Source of the DNA: Lachnospiraceae bacterium
Lineage (GTDB): Bacteria > Bacillota > Clostridia > Lachnospirales > Lachnospiraceae
Direction of reading: 5' to 3'
Length of the DNA stretch: 64,000 nucleotides
NCBI GenBank assembly: GCA_017457865.1
Contig: JAFTGN010000095.1
Span: forward strand, 20,062 to 84,061
The translations under genes and the position numbers were made by a program. The notes under the pieces are model-generated. The model was not told the DNA's origin. It ran no database searches and worked only from the letters and a program-made list of their open reading frames with translations. Position 1 is the first letter of the stretch. Each line of letters begins with the position of its first letter. Of this stretch, positions 35,268 through 45,247 are shown one piece after another.

Positions 35268-37694
35268 TTATTTCCGAAGATTGATGCCCAGTTCCTCTAA
35301 AGCAGCCAGAATCTTATCCATTGCGCCGTTGACTTCCTTATCCTCTAAGGTTCTATCCGGTGCACGGAAGGTAATGCTGTATGCCATAGACTTAAATCCG
35401 GCCGCAATCTGACTTCCCTCATAAATATCAAACAAATGATAACTTTCTACCAGTTTGCCACCCTTCTTTTCGATGATTTCCTCAATCTGACCACAAAGGA
35501 TGTCCTTCTTCATCAGCATACTGATGTCTCTGGTCACTGCCGGATACTTGGCAATGCCTTCGTACTTTCTGTCATAACTTGCCTTTGCCACGATGCCCGG
35601 CATATCCAAAACGGCCACAGTCACACGGCTGTCAATTTCATAATTGTCTGCCACTGCCGGATGTACCTCACCTAAGAAACCGATGACTTCTCCTTCATAG
35701 ATGATGTTTGCCTGACGACCTGGATGCAGGAAGGATTTTTCGCTGTCCGGTGCATAGGTAATTTTGCTCTGCAGACCGATCTTATCCAGGAACTCCTCTA
35801 CCACGCCCTTCATATAGAAGAAATTTTCAGGTGCATCAGAGTACATACCCAGTGTAAACTGGACTCTCTCATCCGGCAGTTCCGTCAGAGGCAGTGCCTT
35901 TGGCAGATATACATTGGCGATCTCATACAGCTTTACATCCTTGTTTCTTCTCTTATAATTGGTTGCCAGAGAAGTGAGCATGCCATTTAAGGATGTGGTA
36001 CGCATAATGCTGAAATCCTCCCCAAGAGGATTCATGATGGTGATGGCATTGCGCAATGCATCTCCCTCCGGAACCAGCAGCTTGTCAAATACCTTTGGAC
36101 TCTCAAAGGAATAGCAGTAAGCCTGTGAGAAACCGCAGAACTCTGCCACATCTCTTGCGGTAGCTTCGATCCGCATCTTGAACGATAGCTTACCGGCTGT
36201 AGCTGCACCGCTTGGCAGTGTAGTGGGAATGTTGTCATACCCGTAGAAACGAGCCACTTCCTCCGCAATATCACACTTGCGCAGCAGATCCTGTCTCCAG
36301 GTAGGAATGATGAGCATACGATCTTCCGGACGATACCCGATCTCCAAAGCCGGAAAATAAGACAGCATTTGCTCCTCAGATAAGTCTGTGCCAATCAGAT
36401 CATTGATATACTCTGGCTCAAACGGCAGCTCCAATGGAGTCTTTGGATTTGGATACACATCAATGGCACCGCCTACTACTTCCCCACAGCCTAACTCTTC
36501 GATCAGCTGGCAGGCACGGTTCATAGCTTCCATTGCAGTATTTGGGTCCAGACCCTTCTCAAACTTACCGGATGCATCGGAACGAAGACCGATTCTCTTG
36601 GCAGACAGACGGATGTTGGCACCGTCAAAGCAGGCAGCCTCAAATACCATCGTTTTCACATCATCGGTAATCTTGGAATTCTCGCCACCCATAATACCGG
36701 CAATGCCCACTGCCTTTTCACCATCGTTGATCATCAGTACATTGGCATCCATGTTTCGAATCTGACCATCTAATGTCTGGAAGGTATCCCCATCCTTTGC
36801 CCGCTTTACCACAATCTCATGACCTGCGATCAGATCATAATCATAAGCATGCATGGGCTGACCATACTCTTCCATCACATAGTTGGTGATATCCACCAGG
36901 TTGTTGATGGGACGGATGCCTGCTGCTGCCAGTCTTCTCTGCATCCACTTTGGAGAAGGTCCCAATTTGATGTTCTTCACCATACGTGCCACATAACGGG
37001 AACACAGATCAGTATCTTCTACAGAAACCTTCAGATAGTCATGAACATCCTCGTCATTTCCGGTTTCCTTGATTTCCGGTGCATAAAACGGCTTTCTAAA
37101 AGTAGCTGCTGCCTCACGGGCAATGCCCAGCACACCGTAACAGTCTACACGGTTGGACGTAATCTCATACTCAAATACCGTATCATGCAATCCCAATGCT
37201 TCTACTGCATCACTTCCTACCTCTACGTCCTCCTGGAAAATGTAGATGCCATCTTCCGGTGCTTCCGGATACGCTTCTCTGGAGGAACCCAGTTCCTCAA
37301 CGGAACACATCATACCGGCAGAAGGGACGCCTCTTAACTTGCCCTTCTTGATCTTGATGCCATTTTCCGGCAAAGGACTGCCATCATGGCCGCCAGCCAC
37401 ACGACCGCCATCTAAAACCACTGGTACCAGTGCGCCTTCCACTACATTTGGAGCGCCTGTTACGATCTGAATGGTTTCTGTGCCTACATTCACCTGGCAA
37501 ACCACCAGCTTGTCTGCATCCGGGTGACGTTCAATCTTCTCAATCTTTCCCACTACAATCTTCTCTAAATTTTTATCTAATCTGGTATACCCTTCACACT
37601 TGGTACCGGACAGAGTCATGGCATCCATGTACTCCTGATCTGTGACCTCTAAATCCGGCACATATGCCTTAATCCAGGATAATGCTGTATTCAT
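35268..37694 (-). CDS. pheT: Phenylalanine--tRNA ligase beta subunit
   Basis: 808 aa, N-terminal tRNA-binding OB domain, B3/4 and B5 domains, and a C-terminal FDX-ACB domain. It immediately follows pheS. Confidence 0.95.
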   Translation of the reverse strand: MNTALSWIKAYVPDLEVTDQEYMDAMTLSGTKCEGYTRLDKNLEKIVVGKIEKIERHPDADKLVVCQVNVGTETIQIVTGAPNVVEGALVPVVLDGGRVAGGHDGSPLPENGIKIKKGKLRGVPSAGMMCSVEELGSSREAYPEAPEDGIYIFQEDVEVGSDAVEALGLHDTVFEYEITSNRVDCYGVLGIAREAAATFRKPFYAPEIKETGNDEDVHDYLKVSVEDTDLCSRYVARMVKNIKLGPSPKWMQRRLAAAGIRPINNLVDITNYVMEEYGQPMHAYDYDLIAGHEIVVKRAKDGDTFQTLDGQIRNMDANVLMINDGEKAVGIAGIMGGENSKITDDVKTMVFEAACFDGANIRLSAKRIGLRSDASGKFEKGLDPNTAMEAMNRACQLIEELGCGEVVGGAIDVYPNPKTPLELPFEPEYINDLIGTDLSEEQMLSYFPALEIGYRPEDRMLIIPTWRQDLLRKCDIAEEVARFYGYDNIPTTLPSGAATAGKLSFKMRIEATARDVAEFCGFSQAYCYSFESPKVFDKLLVPEGDALRNAITIMNPLGEDFSIMRTTSLNGMLTSLATNYKRRNKDVKLYEIANVYLPKALPLTELPDERVQFTLGMYSDAPENFFYMKGVVEEFLDKIGLQSKITYAPDSEKSFLHPGRQANIIYEGEVIGFLGEVHPAVADNYEIDSRVTVAVLDMPGIVAKASYDRKYEGIAKYPAVTRDISMLMKKDILCGQIEEIIEKKGGKLVESYHLFDIYEGSQIAAGFKSMAYSITFRAPDRTLEDKEVNGAMDKILAALEELGINLRK

Positions 37695-37712
37695 TTCTGC
37701 TGTTCCTCCTAT

Positions 37713-38732
37713 TTAAAACTGCTTTAAGAAACGGATATCGTTCTCATACAGAAGTCTCATATCATCAATTTCATACTTCAACAGGGCAATGCGCTCCAGA
37801 CCAACACCGAACGCAAATCCGCTGTACTGTTCCGGATCAATGCCGCACATTTCCAGTACGTGAGGATGTACCATACCACAGCCCAGGATCTCGATCCAGC
37901 CCTCTCCCTTACAGAAACGGCATCCCTTTCCGCCGCACTTGAAACAGGTCACATCTACCTCAGCAGAAGGCTCTGTGAACGGGAAATGATGGGGGCGGAA
38001 CTTCACCTTTGTATCCGGTCCAAACAATTCCTTGGCAAACTCCGCCAGCGTGCCCTTCAAATCCGCAAAGGTCACATGCTCATCAATCACCAACCCTTCG
38101 ATCTGATGGAAAGATGGAGAATGGGTCGCATCCACCTCATCAGAGCGGAACACACGTCCCGGAGAAATGATACGGATGGGCAGATTGCCTTTTTCCATCA
38201 CACGAGCCTGAACAGAAGAAGTCTGGGTACGCAGCAAAATGTTTTTATTGATATAAAAGGTATCCTGCTCATCCTTGGCCGGATGATTTGCCGGAATATT
38301 CAACTTTTCAAAGTTATATTCATCATACTCTACTTCCGGTCCTTCTACCACCTCATATCCCATGCCTACAAAGATACGTTCTACTTCTTCTCTGGCAATG
38401 GTATTGGGGTGTCTGTGCCCTAACATGGTCTTCACAGCTGGTCTGGTCACATCCAGCACTTCCTGTTTTAATCTGGCTTCTCTGGCAGCACTCTCTAAAT
38501 GTTTCTTGGTTGCCTCTAACGCATCCTCAATGGCAGTACGTGTTTCATTCACCAGCTGACCTACCTTTGGACGGTCTTCCGGAGCCACATCACGCATTCC
38601 CTTCAGGACAGCGGTCAGTTCGCCTTTCTTTCCCAGAAAGTTGACACGAATCTCATTTAACTTATCCAGAGAATCTGCATGTTCTAACTGGGCCTTGGCA
38701 GCTTCTCTGATTTTTTGCAACATGTGTTCCAT
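37713..38732 (-). CDS. pheS: Phenylalanine--tRNA ligase alpha subunit
   Basis: It carries class II aaRS motifs (FRPHHFPFTEPS, GMVHPHV, GFAFGVGLERI). The ATG at 38732 is preceded by AGGAGG. Confidence 0.95.
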   Translation of the reverse strand: MEHMLQKIREAAKAQLEHADSLDKLNEIRVNFLGKKGELTAVLKGMRDVAPEDRPKVGQLVNETRTAIEDALEATKKHLESAAREARLKQEVLDVTRPAVKTMLGHRHPNTIAREEVERIFVGMGYEVVEGPEVEYDEYNFEKLNIPANHPAKDEQDTFYINKNILLRTQTSSVQARVMEKGNLPIRIISPGRVFRSDEVDATHSPSFHQIEGLVIDEHVTFADLKGTLAEFAKELFGPDTKVKFRPHHFPFTEPSAEVDVTCFKCGGKGCRFCKGEGWIEILGCGMVHPHVLEMCGIDPEQYSGFAFGVGLERIALLKYEIDDMRLLYENDIRFLKQF

Positions 38733-38789
38733 TGCAATGTTCCTCCTACTCATTCTGTTTTCTATCTGCGGTTGCGGTACACGCCAGTC

Positions 38790-38837
38790 GCATCCTCGTG
38801 GGTCCCACTTTTTTGGTCACAGAATCTTTCTGTTACC
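38790..38837. repeat. Short intergenic repeat, family C copy 2 (inside the pheS leader)
   Basis: See 25337-25382. The two small hairpins (ACAGAA-N4-TTCTGT, and GTGGGACCCAC versus GCGGAACCCGC) are kept in both copies. Confidence 0.5.
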
Positions 38838-38856
38838 TAATAGGAATTTCCTATTA
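38838..38856. repeat. 19-bp palindrome TAATAGGAATTTCCTATTA (copy 1 of 2)
   Basis: Near-identical palindrome at 54131-54149 (TAATAGGAAATTCCTATTA). Both are followed by CACAA. Confidence 0.6.
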
Positions 38857-38858
38857 CA

Positions 38859-39090
38859 CAAAAAAGTCGCCCCTCTCAAAAGGGACGACAGATCATCGCG
38901 GTACCACCCTGCTTCCTGTCTGCGCAGACAGGCACTCGGCATACGTAACGTGTACGGACGGCATCTCCTACTGCCATATTCCAAAAAGAATATGGGTTCC
39001 GACATGCAGCTTCGGTGAGAAATTCGGATACTGATCTGAACCAAAGCCAGCTTGCAGCCGATGACTGGCTCTCTCTGATGGAAAATAAGC
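38859..39090 (-). promoter_or_regulatory. T-box leader (tRNA-Phe-responsive) of pheST
   Basis: The minus strand has the T-box sequence AGCAGGGTGGTACCGCG (38897-38913) and an AGAGAG box in stem I. A UUC triplet in a candidate specifier loop lies near 39009-39011. The terminator is GTCGTCCCTTTTGAGAGGGGCGAC plus TTTTTT (38860-38889). Confidence 0.85.
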
Positions 39091-39312
39091 ACCTACTTTG
39101 CACCTTCATTGCTTTTGCATTTATCAATCGATTCAAATGTATTGTAATGGCTGTTGCAAAAAAAGTCAAGAAAAAATGGGTTGATTTTTCGATTCTGCAT
39201 TTTTCTATTGTACATTTTTGCATTTCAGGGTATATTATGAGAATGAAAAGAAAAAACAAGGGCTGCTGTTTAGACCATACAAAACAGTCCCAAATGAGGT
39301 AAGGATAAAGTC

Positions 39313-40143
39313 ATGCGACAGTTTTTTAAGGAAATTTATTATTTTGGAAATCGGGTAGCAAAGGATAACATTCCCGTGTATGCTGCTTATGGTACACTAT
39401 TTATTATTCTTTCTATCTTTCCATTTATTATGCTGCTGCTGTCCATTACCCAGTATCTTCCAATCACAAAAGAGTTTATGGCAGATGAATTATCCGGCAG
39501 CGCACTGATGCCTGAAGTGGTATCCCCTTTGCTGCAGACCATTGTGGCGGACCTAACAATATCCAGTTCTTCCACACTGCTGTCTGTAACTGCAGTGGTC
39601 ACTTTATGGTCTGCCTCCAAAGGAGTGTATGGAATCTTCAAAGGCATGAATTCCGTATACCATTCCTCCGAACAGAGAAATTATTTCTGGATTCGGGCAA
39701 TGTGCCTGTTTTATACGCTTGTATTTTATGTGATCGTCATCATTACCATGGTGCTGATGGTCTTTGGTGAACAGTTGCAGGATCTTTTGCTGGAGCAGCT
39801 GACATGGCTGCGGCGGTTTGATAATCTGATTTCTTTCCTGCGATTATTGATCTCGATTCTGTTTCAGACTTACTTTTTCATGTTGATTTACAAAGTGTTT
39901 CCAGACAGAAAAGCCACCATCTGGTCCCAGATTCCCGGCGCGCTGGTTTCCTCTGTAGGATGGATGCTGTTTTCCTATGCCTTTTCCATCTACATGAAAT
40001 ATTTTTCCAACTACTCCAAGATGTACGGCAGTTTGACTGCCATTATCCTGACCATCCTGTGGCTTTATGTATGTATCTCGATTATTCTCTTCGGGGGAGA
40101 ATTAAATGCCTGGTTAGAGGAAAGCGATCCTTCTGAGCTATAA
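39313..40143 (+). CDS. YihY/BrkB (virulence factor BrkB / former RNase BN) family membrane protein
   Basis: 276 aa, 6 TM helices, and an N-terminal F......N.....AAY..LF.ILSIFP pattern. Confidence 0.75.
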   Translation: MRQFFKEIYYFGNRVAKDNIPVYAAYGTLFIILSIFPFIMLLLSITQYLPITKEFMADELSGSALMPEVVSPLLQTIVADLTISSSSTLLSVTAVVTLWSASKGVYGIFKGMNSVYHSSEQRNYFWIRAMCLFYTLVFYVIVIITMVLMVFGEQLQDLLLEQLTWLRRFDNLISFLRLLISILFQTYFFMLIYKVFPDRKATIWSQIPGALVSSVGWMLFSYAFSIYMKYFSNYSKMYGSLTAIILTILWLYVCISIILFGGELNAWLEESDPSEL

Positions 40144-40206
40144 CAGACTTGGAAACCATTTCATCTTTTACAATGATCCCATTTCTGTTTCAGCAAAACC
40201 AGAACT

Positions 40207-40872
40207 TCACTGTTTCTCTGTCACCTCTCCCTGCTTTTTGTAAATACTGCCTGCCGGTACATATTCCCGTACACTGGACAATGGATAAATGTTAGTACCC
40301 GGTCCGATCACGGTTCCAGGATTCAGAATGGAACCGCATCCCACTTCTACGCCATCTCCGATCATGGCACCAAACTTTTTTAAACCGGTTTCCACTGCTT
40401 CTCCTTTGCATTTGACGGTAACCAGTGTTTTGTCAGATTTCACATTGGAAGTAATGGAACCGGCTCCCATATGAGATTTATGCCCTAAAATGGAATCCCC
40501 TACATAATTGTAGTGGGGCACCTGTACGGTATCAAATAAAATCACATTCTTTAACTCTGTGGAATTGCCCACTACAGAATGTTTCCCCACAATGGCATTG
40601 CCTCTGATAAAAGCACAATGTCTGACCTCTGCTTCCTCATCAATGATGCAGGGACCTGTAATGGATGCAGTAGGTGCAACCGTTGCGCTTTTTGCAATCC
40701 ACACATCCTCTGCCGGATGGTCGAACCGATCTTCCGGCAGACTGTGACCCAGTTCCAAAATAAAATCATGAATCAGCGGCAACAGTTCCCATGGATACGT
40801 CTTTCCCTGAAACAATTCCGCCGCTATGGTATAGCTGGTATCATATAAATGCTCAATTTTCAATTCGTTCAT
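40207..40872 (-). CDS. Left-handed beta-helix (hexapeptide repeat) transferase-like protein, GlmU C-terminal-like
   Basis: Repeated [LIV]G hexapeptide units run through the C-terminal two thirds. The ATG at 40872 (MNELKIE) is preceded by GGAGGAAAG. Confidence 0.6.
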   Translation of the reverse strand: MNELKIEHLYDTSYTIAAELFQGKTYPWELLPLIHDFILELGHSLPEDRFDHPAEDVWIAKSATVAPTASITGPCIIDEEAEVRHCAFIRGNAIVGKHSVVGNSTELKNVILFDTVQVPHYNYVGDSILGHKSHMGAGSITSNVKSDKTLVTVKCKGEAVETGLKKFGAMIGDGVEVGCGSILNPGTVIGPGTNIYPLSSVREYVPAGSIYKKQGEVTEKQ

Positions 40873-41078
40873 ATCTTTCCTCCACTGGATTCGTTTTTGA
40901 ATCAATTGCTTTTTCATTATACTTCTATTCCAACTACCCTGCAAGTAAAACAATGCCCATTTCTCCGAAAATACTTCGAAAAAATGGACATTGTTTCTAA
41001 AGAAAGGATTCCACATCCTGAAGGGATGATACATTATGTTCCCATTCAGAGAAGTTATGATATGGACGATTTTATTTA

Positions 41079-42827
41079 TTACGATACCTTATGGAAGGTA
41101 AATGCTTCCCAAGAACCTGCTACAGAATCGCTGATGGCACGTAAGGTACCGCCATTGTTAAAGTCTGCACATACATATTTGTCATTTGCCAATGCCTTTA
41201 AACCAAATTTGCCGTCTCCAGCCTGTACCAGATAGAACTTCTCCCATGTACCGATGGAAGCGCTTCTTGCCAGCAACTGGTTGTTTTCATCAATCACTGC
41301 ACATACATACTTGTCATTTGCACCGGATTTCAGAGAGATGGTACCGTCACTGTTGTTGACTACTGTCACAGACTCCCATGCACCACCGTAAGAAGAACGG
41401 TTTGCAACCAGAGGATCTGCACCTGCATTTTCTGCGCATACCACATACTCTGTATTGGAACTATTGGCAACCTTCAAGTAATACTCTCCATTGCTGATGG
41501 AAGCAGATGCTGCTGAGCCGGAACCTGTACCGGAAGTTGCACCGCCTGCTACTGCTGCTTTTGTGAAATACTTCTTCATCACATTGATCAGACCTGTATT
41601 TGCCCAGGACTCTCCCACTCTGGAATATTTGTTGCAAAGAGTATCCCAGGAATCGGTTTCAATATTTGCCTGTAAATTTGTCTGATTGTATAAGCCCCAG
41701 TTGCCATAGTCAGAGATTACCTTGTATGTCCAGCTGGTCCAGTTGATCCCCGCATCGGTCAGCAGTGCCAATCCCTCATCCCACGCATTCAGGTTGTTGA
41801 AGTAACAGAACTCACCCATGTAGCTTGGTACATTATAATTTGCACTCTTGATGGCGTTGACCTTTGTCTGCATGTTGCTGATCTGCTGTCCTGCTGCGTT
41901 ATCGTAATCTCCATAGTTATAGTTATGATATTCATACATAATGTTGGTCCAACCGTACTGAGATGGGTCTGGAAGGTCTACCGGGTCCCAGGTTGCCTCC
42001 ATGATGATCACATGGTCAGGGTCAGCAGAACGAATCACATTGTATGCGTTGTTATAAATGTTCCACAGCATATTTCTCAGATAGCTGTCACTGTAACCAG
42101 AGTTATAACGGTATGTACAATAAGGCTCATTTAACAGGTCATATCCGGCTACGGTTGGGTTACCTGCAAAGTGCTGTGCGATCTTGTACCACATATCATA
42201 ATAAATCTGCTGGTTATTGTATGCGTTGTTTCCAAAGAAGAACTGAGATGCGCCCAGCTTGTCATTTCCGCCATCAATACCAGAGTGGTCAGAACCATTC
42301 TGAGAACCAGGTGCACCGTGGAAGTCAATCACCACATACATGCCTCTCTGTCCTGCCTGTGCAACAAACCAGTCCAGTCTGGTAAAATCCAGGCTGCCAT
42401 CACTCTTACGAATGTTCTGATACCAGAATGGAAGTCTGATACAGTTCATACCCATGGCTGCACAATTGTCAAAATCTGCGGTGGTCCAGTAATTGTCCTG
42501 ATACAGACCCACCAGATAATCCTTACCGGATGTTCCAAAACGCTCTGTCAGCTTATTGTAAATATCCTGCTCATCTGTCACATGAGAAGTAGAATTGGTA
42601 ATGGTCATCCAGAACTCCTGAATCAGATACCCGCCTGCATTGGTACCTTTCAACTGTACTACAGAACCGTTTCCATAATTATTGCAAAGATTTTTTCCGT
42701 TCGCTTTCAGGAAATCCTGAGAGGTGATGGCACTGGCCGCCTGAGCTGTTTCAGTGCAAAAACTGGTACCGGCAAAAAGTCCAAAAATCATACAAATTGA
42801 TAGCAAAATGCTGATTGTTTTTTTCAT
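41079..42827 (-). CDS. Secreted GH5 glycoside hydrolase with C-terminal beta-trefoil (fascin/ricin-like) module
   Basis: Signal peptide MKKTISILLSICMIFGLFAG...AQA. GH5 motifs IRLPF, VVIDFHGAPGSQNG and LLNEP. The C-terminal 130 aa has three-fold internal repeats (DKYVCA...). Confidence 0.75.
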   Translation of the reverse strand: MKKTISILLSICMIFGLFAGTSFCTETAQAASAITSQDFLKANGKNLCNNYGNGSVVQLKGTNAGGYLIQEFWMTITNSTSHVTDEQDIYNKLTERFGTSGKDYLVGLYQDNYWTTADFDNCAAMGMNCIRLPFWYQNIRKSDGSLDFTRLDWFVAQAGQRGMYVVIDFHGAPGSQNGSDHSGIDGGNDKLGASQFFFGNNAYNNQQIYYDMWYKIAQHFAGNPTVAGYDLLNEPYCTYRYNSGYSDSYLRNMLWNIYNNAYNVIRSADPDHVIIMEATWDPVDLPDPSQYGWTNIMYEYHNYNYGDYDNAAGQQISNMQTKVNAIKSANYNVPSYMGEFCYFNNLNAWDEGLALLTDAGINWTSWTYKVISDYGNWGLYNQTNLQANIETDSWDTLCNKYSRVGESWANTGLINVMKKYFTKAAVAGGATSGTGSGSAASASISNGEYYLKVANSSNTEYVVCAENAGADPLVANRSSYGGAWESVTVVNNSDGTISLKSGANDKYVCAVIDENNQLLARSASIGTWEKFYLVQAGDGKFGLKALANDKYVCADFNNGGTLRAISDSVAGSWEAFTFHKVS

Positions 42828-43352
42828 TTTTTATTCTCCTTCGAATTTTTATTGTAATATTGTTGTGTTCCGTTTCGATAAAAGCGCTTTCATGTGTATA
42901 ATATAACAATTTTTTCGAAAAAGTCAATTTATTTTTAGAAAGGTTTTTATTATATTTTTCAACTTTTTTATATGTTTTACAAAAGAAAATAAGAAAAACT
43001 TCCAAAAACAGAATATTTTCCTGTTCTACCCCTTCTTTTTCCGTCTGGCATTCGAAATTTTTTATTTAATCCTATGAAAACATACTGTCTTTTCCTTGTT
43101 TTTCTATAGAATCTTTCTGTAAACTTTGTAATCAAATTTTTGTAATCATTCCCATCTTGACCATACCATCAGCCTCTTGGAAAAAGGGAAAATTGTTTCT
43201 ATGTTTTTGTTCTGTCTTGTCGTCTCCTTCTTCCTATGTTATAATCTACTTTGTGCAATACAGGCTTTCGAATCTGATGTATCACATCATTCCCAAACAG
43301 ATATCACATCCTATCGTCTGCCTGTAAATTTTTTACATATGGAGGTTTTCTT

Positions 43353-44888
43353 ATGACCACAGAACAGATTGGTATTATCATTGCCATCATTTGCTATCTG
43401 GCAGCAATGGTATATATCGGCTACTACTTCAGCAAGAAGGGAAGCGGCGAAAATGCCAACGAATTTTACCTGGGCGGCCGTAAATTAGGTCCTCTGGTGG
43501 CAGCTATGAGTGCAGAAGCATCTGACATGAGCAGCTGGCTGTTGATGGGTCTGCCTGGTGTTGCTTACATCACTGGTATTGCGGATGCCGGCTGGACCGC
43601 CATCGGTCTGGCAGTGGGTACGTATTTGAACTGGCTGATCGTGGCAAAACGTCTGCGCCGTTATTCCATCAAGTGCAATGCCATCACCATTCCGGAATTT
43701 TTTTCCAGGCGATACAGGGATCAAAAAAACATTTTGATGTGTATTGCATCCATTGTGATTCTGATTTTCTTTATTCCTTACACCGCATCCGGATTTAAGG
43801 CAGTGGGCACCTTATTTAACAGTTTATTCAACGTAGACTATCACGCTGCCATGATCATCGGTGCCATTGTCATCGTAGGATACACCGTAATGGGTGGTTT
43901 CATGGCTGTTTCTACCACTGACCTGGTACAGAGTATTGTCATGACCATCGCACTGATCATCATTGTCTTCTTTGGAATTCACTCTGCCGGCGGCTGGAAC
44001 AACGTAGCAGAAAACGCCCGTTCCTTAAGCGGCTATCTGTCCATGACACAAATGCACGATATGGCGTCCAACACATCTTCCCCTTATGGTTTCATCACCA
44101 TTTTATCCACCTGTGCATGGGGACTGGGTTATTTTGGTATGCCTCACATCCTGCTGCGTTTCATGGCAATGGAAAGCGAGAACAAGATCAAAACTTCCAG
44201 AAGAATCGCTTCTGTCTGGGTGGTCATCTCCATGTTTGTGGCAATCCTGATCGGTATCATCGGTTATGCGGCTTCTGTAGCAGGTAAGCTGCCAAGCTTT
44301 ACTACCACTTCTGAAGCAGAAACCACTGTGATTCAGTTTGCCAATCTTCTGGCTTCCAACAACTTCCTGTTGGCTCTGGTTGCAGGTGTGGTTCTGGCTG
44401 GTATCCTGGCTTGTACCATGTCCACTGCAGATTCCCAGCTGCTTGCTGCTGCATCCAGTGTATCCCAGAATCTGTTGCAGGATTTCCTGAAGATCAAAAT
44501 GGACAACAAAGCTTCTATGCGTGCAGCCCGTCTGACCATACTTGGCATCGCTTTGATCGGTATCATTCTGGCATGGAATCCGAATAGTTCCGTCTTTACC
44601 ATCGTATCCTTTGCATGGGCTGGTTTCGGTGCCGCATTTGGACCGGTTATGCTGTTCTCCCTGTTCTGGAAACGCACCAATCTGTCTGGCGCACTTGCCG
44701 GCATGGTAGCAGGCGGTGTCATGGTATTTGTATGGAAATATTTGATTCGTCCATTGGGCGGTGCATGGAACATCTACGAACTGCTGCCAGCATTTATCGT
44801 GGCTTCTCTGGCCATCGTCATCGTATCCCTGCTGACAGCTGCTCCTTCTAAGGAAATCTGTGATGAATTCGATTCCATTGGAAAGTAA
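43353..44888 (+). CDS. putP: Sodium/proline symporter
   Basis: 511 aa, SSF family, with the N-terminus EFYLGGRKLGP.VAAMSAEASDMSSWLLMGLPG typical of PutP. Confidence 0.85.
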   Translation: MTTEQIGIIIAIICYLAAMVYIGYYFSKKGSGENANEFYLGGRKLGPLVAAMSAEASDMSSWLLMGLPGVAYITGIADAGWTAIGLAVGTYLNWLIVAKRLRRYSIKCNAITIPEFFSRRYRDQKNILMCIASIVILIFFIPYTASGFKAVGTLFNSLFNVDYHAAMIIGAIVIVGYTVMGGFMAVSTTDLVQSIVMTIALIIIVFFGIHSAGGWNNVAENARSLSGYLSMTQMHDMASNTSSPYGFITILSTCAWGLGYFGMPHILLRFMAMESENKIKTSRRIASVWVVISMFVAILIGIIGYAASVAGKLPSFTTTSEAETTVIQFANLLASNNFLLALVAGVVLAGILACTMSTADSQLLAAASSVSQNLLQDFLKIKMDNKASMRAARLTILGIALIGIILAWNPNSSVFTIVSFAWAGFGAAFGPVMLFSLFWKRTNLSGALAGMVAGGVMVFVWKYLIRPLGGAWNIYELLPAFIVASLAIVIVSLLTAAPSKEICDEFDSIGK

Positions 44889-44927
44889 CTGAAATGGCTG
44901 AAATGAACACGCATTTTGTAAATTTAA

Positions 44928-44956
44928 TTGACTTTTGAAAATGCCTATATTATAAT
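44928..44956 (+). promoter_or_regulatory. Near-consensus sigma-A promoter of the mgtE leader
   Basis: TTGACT, 17 nt, TATAAT. Confidence 0.6.
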
Positions 44957-45149
44957 AAAAATGTTGCTATTTCTCAAAAATAAGCAACCCAATCACAAAT
45001 TCAAAGAACAGAAAAAGGAGGAAAATCACGTGACAACCAGTGACAGTTGTGGGGCAGACGGGCGAGCGAAACAAAATATCATTTCATCTCTCGTATGCAG
45101 CCATGTGTGATTGCCTGTCATTTGAGGGACACTCTTTTTGATATCTTGC

Positions 45150-45187
45150 TGCCTCTGTTTGCTTCACGCATGCAGAGGCATTTTTAT
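45150..45187 (+). terminator. Intrinsic terminator inside the mgtE 5' leader (attenuator)
   Basis: TGCCTCTG / CAGAGGCA stem followed by TTTTTAT, about 60 nt upstream of the mgtE start. Confidence 0.5.
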
Positions 45188-45247
45188 GCCCTTTTGTCCA
45201 TTGCTGGCTCGAACCGACACAAATTTCGCCAAGAAAGAGAGGTAACA

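Noticed and set aside
38876-39259. 127-aa and 91-aa minus-strand ORFs, and plus-strand ORFs, over the pheS upstream region.
   Set aside because: The region carries a clear T-box leader (T-box sequence, terminator), so it is non-coding RNA.
43246-43352. putP leader with an ACAGGC...GCCTGT helix followed by AAATTTTTT, and direct repeats GATGTATCACATC / GATATCACATCC.
   Set aside because: The helix encloses a 54-nt loop and the T-run is interrupted, so support for an attenuator is too weak without comparative data.
44963-45150. Canonical M-box riboswitch upstream of mgtE.
   Set aside because: The conserved M-box strings were not visible by eye. This needs a covariance-model search, so it is reported as an unclassified attenuator instead.
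45047-45247. In-frame N-terminal extension of the mgtE ORF (the track ORF starts at 45047).
   Set aside because: The extension runs through the leader terminator hairpin and has no RBS. The ATG at 45248 has an RBS and gives a normal-length MgtE (479 aa).
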